From positions 5,024,001-5,088,000 of the forward strand of contig CAWDXG010000004.1 of assembly GCA_963806225.1 (NCBI GenBank): a DNA stretch of 64,000 nucleotides, given 5' to 3'. Shown piece after piece: positions 57,460-64,000 of this stretch (position 1 is the stretch's first letter; each line of letters begins with the position of its first letter). Below the pieces are notes generated by a model that saw only the letters and a program-made list of their open reading frames with translations, made no database searches and had not been told where the DNA came from. The position numbers and the translations under genes were made by a program. Origin of the DNA: an uncultured delta proteobacterium. Its GTDB lineage: Bacteria; Myxococcota_A; Polyangia; Polyangiales; Polyangiaceae.

Positions 57460-57611
57460 TCCGGCCAGACAACCGCTCGTAGCGCTTCGACACCGCGATT
57501 CGCGGCAGCTACACTCGCTCGACTGGCCGCACAGAGTATCACGCCCAGGGGGGCGTCGTGCGCGCGCGCGGTCGCGCGGCACTCGTGCTTTCGCTTGCGC
57601 CGAAGTGACGC

Positions 57612-58850
57612 ATGATGCGTTGGCGGCGCTGCATCGTCTGCATCGTCTCGATGCTCGTTGCCAGGATGGCGGTCGCACAACCCAAGCGCCCCGCACAGCT
57701 GAAGACGCCGCACACGGAAGTCGACCTGTTTCCCGTACTGGGCGGCACGAGCGATGTCGGGTTCGGCGGGGGGCTGCTGGGTGCTATCGCGCGGGAGGAG
57801 CCCGGCTACAGCCCGTATCGCTGGCGGCTGGCGGGAGGCAGCCTCACGATGTTCAAGCCGGGGCGGCATGGCAAGCGCGGGCACCTGACCTACCAGGACT
57901 ACTACCTCAAGCTCAGCATGCCGGACCTCGCGCGCGGCGCGGTCCGGCTGGATGCCCGCCTCTCGTACACGCGCCAGGCGCCGGTGCACTACTACGGGAT
58001 CGGCAACGCGAGCGTGCGGCTTCCGCGCGGCCAGTTCACGCCCGGCTACTACGACTACACCCGCGTCCATCCCACGTTCTGGCTCAAGGTGCGGATCAAC
58101 GTCGGCGGACCGTTCTTCATCCGCATCGGCAACAACTACACCCAGAACCTGTACGACATCGCACCGGATTCCAGGCTGGCCGAGGATATCATCTCGCCGA
58201 ACCGCGAGGTCCGTACGTTGGTCGACCACCCGCGGGACTCCGCCGTGGATTTCTTCGAGTACGCCCTCCTGTACGACACGCGGGACAACGAGGTCGAGCC
58301 GTCGCGCGGGCAGTACGACAAGTTCCAGCTCAGGTTCAGTCCGGGGGGCTCGTCGCACTTCCCCTATCGCTATGCGCAGGCGAACCTGACGCTGCGCTGG
58401 TACACGACGCCCATCCGCGATCACCTGACCGTGGCGATGCGTCTCATGGGCGACGTGCTGTTCGGGCATCCGCCGCTCTACGAGCTGTCGCGCTACGACG
58501 ACACGAGCGCGATCGGCGGCAGCCGCGGCGTGCGTGGCATTCCCTCCGGGCGCTACTCCGGCAAGATCAAGGTGCTCGGGAACATCGAGGCGCGGGTCCC
58601 GCTCGCCGGATTCCGTCTTCTGGGCAAGCAGTTGCGTTTCGGTGTCGCCGGCTTCCTGGATGCCGGGCGTGTCTGGGCGGACACCACGCGCCACCCCGAG
58701 CTCGACGGAACGTCGCTCGGTTTGAAGTACGGCATCGGCGGCGGGCTCAGGCTGCAGCAGGGGCACTCGTTCGTCCTGCGGCTCGATGCGGCCTGGTCGC
58801 CGGACGCTCGTCCGATGGGCCTTTATCTCACAGCAGGCGAAGCTTTCTGA
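57612..58850 (+). CDS. Omp85/BamA-TamA family beta-barrel lacking POTRA domains
   Basis: YDTRDNEVEPSRG, GVRGIPSGRY, FLDAGRVW, GIGGGLR, C-terminal GEAF. Confidence 0.85.
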   Translation: MMRWRRCIVCIVSMLVARMAVAQPKRPAQLKTPHTEVDLFPVLGGTSDVGFGGGLLGAIAREEPGYSPYRWRLAGGSLTMFKPGRHGKRGHLTYQDYYLKLSMPDLARGAVRLDARLSYTRQAPVHYYGIGNASVRLPRGQFTPGYYDYTRVHPTFWLKVRINVGGPFFIRIGNNYTQNLYDIAPDSRLAEDIISPNREVRTLVDHPRDSAVDFFEYALLYDTRDNEVEPSRGQYDKFQLRFSPGGSSHFPYRYAQANLTLRWYTTPIRDHLTVAMRLMGDVLFGHPPLYELSRYDDTSAIGGSRGVRGIPSGRYSGKIKVLGNIEARVPLAGFRLLGKQLRFGVAGFLDAGRVWADTTRHPELDGTSLGLKYGIGGGLRLQQGHSFVLRLDAAWSPDARPMGLYLTAGEAF

Positions 58851-58924
58851 GCCTGACAGGCTCCCGGCAGGTGCCCGTCGATGGTGCGTGCCAGCCGGGC
58901 CCGCCACGCTATACTCCCCCGCAC

Positions 58925-59188
58925 ATGGCTGAACCCCGCCCCGCCCCGCCCGAGCTCTCGCTCCTGGGCGAGTCCGATCACGTGTTCGTGGAAACGCCGG
59001 ACCGGAGCTTCCACTGCGACAGTTGCGGACGGACGTTTTCCGGCGAGCCCGGAGGGGCCGGGCTGTTCGTGTGGACCCGCGGCGACGAGGTCCGCTACGA
59101 GGAGCCGCCGCTCTGCGACCACTGCGCCTACGAGATCAGTATCGGCGCACTGATACGCTGGAGCGTGGAAGAAGAAGAGGAAGGCTGA
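58925..59188 (+). CDS. Small putative Zn-finger protein (CxxC...CxxC)
   Basis: FHCDSCG...PLCDHCA, acidic tail; real 3' end of shadow ORF 57245..59188. Confidence 0.75.
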   Translation: MAEPRPAPPELSLLGESDHVFVETPDRSFHCDSCGRTFSGEPGGAGLFVWTRGDEVRYEEPPLCDHCAYEISIGALIRWSVEEEEEG

Positions 59189-59208
59189 GCGCGGGAGCGC
59201 GCCGGCCG

Positions 59209-59976
59209 CTACTGGAGCATCGCGTCGTCCGACGCGCGGAGTGGGGGCCGTCGTTGCCTGAGCTCGCGCGCCGTCGCGCGCAGCACTCCCGGCGCGTCGG
59301 TGCTCTCCATCACCAGTGAAAGCTCTCCCCGCGTGCAGAGCACCAGCAGCGGTCCCGCCATTTCCGGCGGCGAGCCCGGATTGAGCAGGACCGACATGCG
59401 CACGCGCGGTCGCGAGAGCCAGCGCGGAGACTGTGCCAGCTCACGCATCACTTCGAGGCGCGCGGGGCGTCGCGTGGCGAGGCGCACGACGTCCTCCTCG
59501 GTGACCATCGGATTTTCCAGCAGCTGCCGGATGACGAGCGGGTGCGGGTCCGACAAGAGCCGGTCGAACGCGCGACGACTGGGACGGCGCGCCAGGCTGC
59601 GGCGTTCGCCCACCGTCAGCTCGCGTCCGGTGCCGTAGTCCGGGACCGGCAGATCGTCGATACGCCGCTTGTACACCGGCGCAGGCGGTCCGCGCCGAAG
59701 CAGGCGATCGAGACTCAAGAGCCGACGCGCCGCGGCTTCCTCGCGCAGCTGCTCGACGAGCTCGCATTCGCCGAGACCCACGAACATAAGGGCGGCTACC
59801 ATCACCGCCTCGCGAGCGTCCGGGTCGGAGCTTTCCGCCTGCTCGCACAGTCCGTCGAGCAGAGTGGCGGCGTTTGCGACCGGCCACACGCCGAGCTGCT
59901 CCGAAAGCCAGCCTACCCGGAGCGCTATCTCGGGCAGTGACAGCAGCACGCGCTTGAGGCGCAACACATCCGCCAT
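59209..59976 (-). CDS. Hypothetical helical-repeat protein (leucine-rich-variant-like)
   Basis: LTVGERRSLAR, LLSDPHPLVIRQLLENP, VRMSVLLNPGSP. Confidence 0.75.
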   Translation of the reverse strand: MADVLRLKRVLLSLPEIALRVGWLSEQLGVWPVANAATLLDGLCEQAESSDPDAREAVMVAALMFVGLGECELVEQLREEAAARRLLSLDRLLRRGPPAPVYKRRIDDLPVPDYGTGRELTVGERRSLARRPSRRAFDRLLSDPHPLVIRQLLENPMVTEEDVVRLATRRPARLEVMRELAQSPRWLSRPRVRMSVLLNPGSPPEMAGPLLVLCTRGELSLVMESTDAPGVLRATARELRQRRPPLRASDDAMLQ

Positions 59977-60106
59977 CGCCCCCAGGCTAGCATCCGGGCC
60001 GGCTCCGGGGGCACCCGGGCGTCTCCGGCCCCCGGACCGCACCGCCCGCCGGAGCTCTGCCACCCGCTCGCGTGGAAGGCCGGGGAAGTCAGGCTAGACT
60101 TCGCGC

Positions 60107-62956
60107 GTGCCCGTCACCGGAGCGCTCCAGAAACTGGCAGAAGCATGGCGCGAGCGCGTCGGTGGCGCGTCGCGTCGAGCGCTCCTCTTGCTGCTGCTCG
60201 CGGCGCTCCTGGGCGGCGCCCACCTGGCGCGGATCGGTACGGCGTGGACCCGCACCGGCGCGGCGGGGCTCCTCCTCTTGTCGCTATTGCTGCTGCTGGC
60301 GCGCTGGGTGCGGGAACGAAGGGACTGGTCGGACGTGCGGCGCACCATCCGCCGCGTGCTCGTCCCGACCGACCGTGGCCTGGCCCAGCGGACGCTCCGG
60401 GCGGTATCGCTGGTGCAGCGTACCGGCCAGGACCCGAGCGCGGGCTCGCCCGATCTCGCTCGCCTCCACTACGAGCGGCTGCTCGCGCGTGCATCGCTGA
60501 AGGCGGTAGAGCGGAGCGCCGAGCGTCGCGCACTCGGCTGGCGCTGGGCGGGACTCGGGCTGCTCGGCGCCGCGATCGCGTCGGTGGCCGTGGGGCCGTT
60601 CCAGGTCATCGAAGGGCTGGACGTGCTGGTGGCCCACGACGGGCGCGCGCCGCTGTCGCTGCCGTGGCTCGAATACGTCCGCGTGACCGCGGATCCGCCC
60701 GCCTATCTGCGCTCCAGTGCGCGGCTTCTCTTCCCGGACCTGGCTGCCGCGCAGCCGGAGGGCAGCGTCGTCGTCATCCGCGGCGTCCCGCTCAGGCAAG
60801 GGCGCCATCTGGTCCTCACCGACGGCCAGCGCGAAGTGCCGTTTGCCGACGACGGCTCCGGTGGCGTGGTCGCCCGCTGGAAGCTCCAAAAGAGCGCGCA
60901 GCTCGAGGTGGCCGCGCGTTTCGGCAACGTCCTGATCACGGAGCCCGACTCGCTCGACGTGCGCGCCACCCGCGACAGGACCCCGGTGGTCCACGTGGAA
61001 GGTGCGCCGAAGACGCTCCACCTGGCCGATGTGAAGCGGCTGCCGATCCGCTACACCGCTTCCGACGACCACGGTCTTCGCCAGATCGACCTCGTGCTCA
61101 GAGCGGGCGACCGCGAAGACCGTCGCGTGCTCGGTCGCTTCGACGGGGACAGCACGTTCGAGAGCGGCGGCTATGCGCTGACGCCGCGGGATCCGTTCCT
61201 CCGGCGGATGTTCCTGCCGGTGGTCGTGACGGTAGAGGCTCGCGACAACGATCCGCTGCATGGTCCGAAGTGGGGAAAGAGCGCTGCCATCACGCTGGTT
61301 CCGCCCGCGGTCGGCGAGCCTGAAGCGAAGCGCTACGCGGCCCTGCGTGGCGCGCGGGACTCGATCGTCGACCTTCTGGCCTGGCAGCTCGAGCCGCCCG
61401 ACAAGCCGACCGCGGCCGAACGGAGAGAGCGTGTTCGCCAGGAGCACGAGCGAGCCCAGCGCGCCGCCGACACCATGCGCGACGCCGTCGACGGGACCTA
61501 CGGCGGCTTGACGGTCTTTACGGGTCTGCGTTCGTTCCTGCTCGGGCAGATGCGCATACTCGTGCGACCGCGGCGCCCCGGGGAGTCGATGACGCAGAGG
61601 ACGGAGGACGTGTTGCTCGCGGTGGATGTGGCGCTCGGGGCCGTGTCGGCCCGCGACGCCAGGACCGTGTCGAAGCGCCTCGGGGACGTGGCCGAGGAGG
61701 CCGCGGGAGGTGCCCGGCAGGCGCTCGATTCGGAGAAGCGCGATCAAGGCGTGAGGCGGCTGGACGCGGCCATCCTGGCGCTCGGGTCCGGCAGCAGGCA
61801 GCTGGTCACACTGGGCGCGCTTGGACGGGATATCGGAAGCGTGGCTCTCGCCGACCTCGGACGCATCGAGCGGGCGCGCAAGCACGACGACATGACCCAC
61901 GCGGAGCTGGCGGCGCTGCATCTCGCTCAGCGGCTGCGCCGTCCCGCGCCCTCTTTCGCGACGGCAGGCGGCGGTGGTGTGGAGTCCGGCGAGGGCGGTC
62001 AGGGCAGGATGTCTGGTAAGGCTTCGCAGGCCGACGATCGATTCAACGAGCTCGAGAACGAGCTAGAACAGCTTGCCCAGGAGCACGCCGGAGGGATTGC
62101 AGGAGTCCAGCAGTCGCTGTCCGATGCCGAGCACTCCGTCGATCTCGAGTCCATTCGCAAGGAGGCCGAGCAGCACGCCGAGGCCATCCGCCGCGCGGTG
62201 CAGGATCTGCCGCTGCCCGGCGCCGAGCCCGGCTCGGCTCGCGCAGCCGCTGCTCTCGGCCGGGAGCAGGCGGGCGCCATGGCCCAGTCGCTGGAGCGGT
62301 TGTCGCTTCAGGATGCGGTGAAGAGCGGACGCGACGCGATCGCGGCGCTCGACGATGCCGCGCGCAAGGCCAAGGACGGCCGGCTGCCCACCGACTGGCT
62401 CGACGGCGACGTGGCCGGCGCGAGAAAGCGGCTATCCAAGCAGCTGGCCTGGGCGGAAAAGCAGCTCGACAAGCTGAAGCGCAAGGCAGAAGCGCGCGCA
62501 GAGTCCAAGCTCGATGGCGCGGGCGACAAGGAGAACAGTTTTGCACGGCGCGCCGGCAACCTGGCCGGGCGTGGCAAGAACGGCGAGACGGCTTTCCCCC
62601 AGGACTCCATCGAGAGCCTGGAGCGAGCCGAGAGCATCATGCGCGAGGCGGCACGCGCGCTGTCGCAGGGCAAGGGCGACAAGGGACTTGCGCTGCAGCG
62701 ACAAGCGCAGCGATTGCTGGAGCGGGCGAGGACCGGCCAGACGACGGATCCGGAAGACAGCTCGTCGAAGGACGACCAGCGCTCGCACGACGGCACGGAG
62801 GGTCGGGGGATGCGCACCGGCGGCGAGGTGCCGCCGGAAGGCAAGGCGCGGGAGGCCGAGGATTTCCGCAAGCGGGTGCTCGAGGGGCTCGGTAGGGACA
62901 AGGGCGGACGTCTGTCGCCCGCTGTCCGGCGCTACGCGGAGGGGCTTTTGCAATGA
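60107..62956 (+). CDS. DUF4175-like large membrane protein
   Basis: N-terminal TMs, PPAY, ASDDHGL, EARDND, long helical region, C-terminal VRRYAEGLL. Confidence 0.8.
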   Translation: MPVTGALQKLAEAWRERVGGASRRALLLLLLAALLGGAHLARIGTAWTRTGAAGLLLLSLLLLLARWVRERRDWSDVRRTIRRVLVPTDRGLAQRTLRAVSLVQRTGQDPSAGSPDLARLHYERLLARASLKAVERSAERRALGWRWAGLGLLGAAIASVAVGPFQVIEGLDVLVAHDGRAPLSLPWLEYVRVTADPPAYLRSSARLLFPDLAAAQPEGSVVVIRGVPLRQGRHLVLTDGQREVPFADDGSGGVVARWKLQKSAQLEVAARFGNVLITEPDSLDVRATRDRTPVVHVEGAPKTLHLADVKRLPIRYTASDDHGLRQIDLVLRAGDREDRRVLGRFDGDSTFESGGYALTPRDPFLRRMFLPVVVTVEARDNDPLHGPKWGKSAAITLVPPAVGEPEAKRYAALRGARDSIVDLLAWQLEPPDKPTAAERRERVRQEHERAQRAADTMRDAVDGTYGGLTVFTGLRSFLLGQMRILVRPRRPGESMTQRTEDVLLAVDVALGAVSARDARTVSKRLGDVAEEAAGGARQALDSEKRDQGVRRLDAAILALGSGSRQLVTLGALGRDIGSVALADLGRIERARKHDDMTHAELAALHLAQRLRRPAPSFATAGGGGVESGEGGQGRMSGKASQADDRFNELENELEQLAQEHAGGIAGVQQSLSDAEHSVDLESIRKEAEQHAEAIRRAVQDLPLPGAEPGSARAAAALGREQAGAMAQSLERLSLQDAVKSGRDAIAALDDAARKAKDGRLPTDWLDGDVAGARKRLSKQLAWAEKQLDKLKRKAEARAESKLDGAGDKENSFARRAGNLAGRGKNGETAFPQDSIESLERAESIMREAARALSQGKGDKGLALQRQAQRLLERARTGQTTDPEDSSSKDDQRSHDGTEGRGMRTGGEVPPEGKAREAEDFRKRVLEGLGRDKGGRLSPAVRRYAEGLLQ

Positions 62957-64000
62957 AGCGCGCGCTCATGCTGCTGTCCGGCGTGCTCCTGGCTGTCCTG
63001 TGCACGGCGGCCGTTCCCGTTCCGTCCGTGCACAGCGCGCCGCAGGCGCCTGACCGCGTCCAGCGCATTGCCGACGCCATCACCGAGCTGGACGTCGATC
63101 GCGCCCGCAAGCTGCTTCACGACGCCGACGCGGATTCCCCGGCGCTCGCCTACCAGCGCGCGCGGCTTGCGGTCTATCTCGGCGACTGCGATTCCGCTGC
63201 CGCGATCCTCTCGGCGCCCGGTTTCCAGAAGGTGTCCGAGGCCCAGTCGCTGGCCCGGCTGGCGCGTGGCTGCGCCGGCGTGGTGGCCGGGTCGGTGCTG
63301 ATCCGCGACAAGAAGAAGGGCATCTGGCTCCGGTTGCAGGACTCGGCCGACAAGGTGCTCGCGCCCTGGATCATCGACATCGCCGCGCAGGCGCGCACGC
63401 GCATCGAGCACGATCTCGGAGTCGAGATGCCGCGTCCGCTGCGCATCATCCTGGTTCGCGATCTGTTCTCGCTCTCGGCAGTGAGCGGACTGCCGGTGAA
63501 GGCGGCGGAAACCACCGGGACCGTGGCCGTGGCGCGCTGGGGGCGCGTGAACATCATCTCGCCGCGGGCGACGCCGATGGGCTACCCGTGGGAGGACACC
63601 ATAGCTCACGAGATCACGCATCTCGCGCTGTCGCGGGCGACGCGCGACCGCGCGCCTCTGTGGCTGCAGGAGGGGATCGCCAAGCGCGAGGAAACCCGCT
63701 GGCGTCCAGCTCGTCCATTCGACAGGACCCCGGACCCCGATCGAGAAGCGCGCGACGCCTTGCTCTCGGGGCACTCGGTCGGCATCACGAAGCTCGGCCC
63801 ATCGATCGCGATGCTGCCGACGCCCGAAGCGGCGTCCATCGCATTCGCCGAGGTCACCAGCTTCATGGCCTACTGGGTCGACCAGAACGGCGTGCCCGGG
63901 CTGCATCTGCTGCTCATCGATCTGAAAGGGATGGGCGACGGCGATGCGGGGGCCGCCATGCAGAGCGTGACCGGCGAGCCCCTGGCGGTGTGGATCCGGC
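62953..64000 (+). CDS. Secreted peptidase MA-like (gluzincin) protein, 3' partial
   Basis: ATG overlaps the upstream stop; signal peptide MKRALMLLSG; DTIAHEITH...PLWLQEGIAK; open to the window end, so absent from the ORF track. Confidence 0.8.
   Translation, partial: MKRALMLLSGVLLAVLCTAAVPVPSVHSAPQAPDRVQRIADAITELDVDRARKLLHDADADSPALAYQRARLAVYLGDCDSAAAILSAPGFQKVSEAQSLARLARGCAGVVAGSVLIRDKKKGIWLRLQDSADKVLAPWIIDIAAQARTRIEHDLGVEMPRPLRIILVRDLFSLSAVSGLPVKAAETTGTVAVARWGRVNIISPRATPMGYPWEDTIAHEITHLALSRATRDRAPLWLQEGIAKREETRWRPARPFDRTPDPDREARDALLSGHSVGITKLGPSIAMLPTPEAASIAFAEVTSFMAYWVDQNGVPGLHLLLIDLKGMGDGDAGAAMQSVTGEPLAVWIR

Overview
High-GC window, most likely from a myxobacterium (Myxococcota, probably Polyangiales/Polyangiaceae). 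The inference rests on a SgmX-like TPR protein, a large S41 protease, a myxosortase-like CPBP protease, Hanks kinases and Gly-linker lipoproteins. Most of it is core chromosome: skp-lpxD-fabZ-lpxA, tldD, pdxA, tRNA-Ala, infC-thrS-tRNA-Val, yajC-secD-secF-recJ-mlaF-mlaD-S41 protease-pdxJ, acpS-nnr, birA, nadC and a FadF-like Fe-S protein. Accessory envelope and lipoprotein genes are interleaved. I see no mobile element, prophage or CRISPR array. Main observations: (1) 14 genes have a TAnnnT -10 box 6-9 nt before the start codon and no Shine-Dalgarno, a leaderless-mRNA signature; (2) a divergent TetR / Coq4-like pair with two matching operators sits between pdxJ and acpS; (3) a nuclease-less type IIG-like methyltransferase is coupled to pdxA; (4) an orphan ECF sigma has a sigma54 promoter; (5) one lipoprotein fuses a C39-like and a gluzincin protease domain; (6) three genes carry +1 frameshifts, probably assembly indels. 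All family assignments are by eye from motifs; no searches were run.
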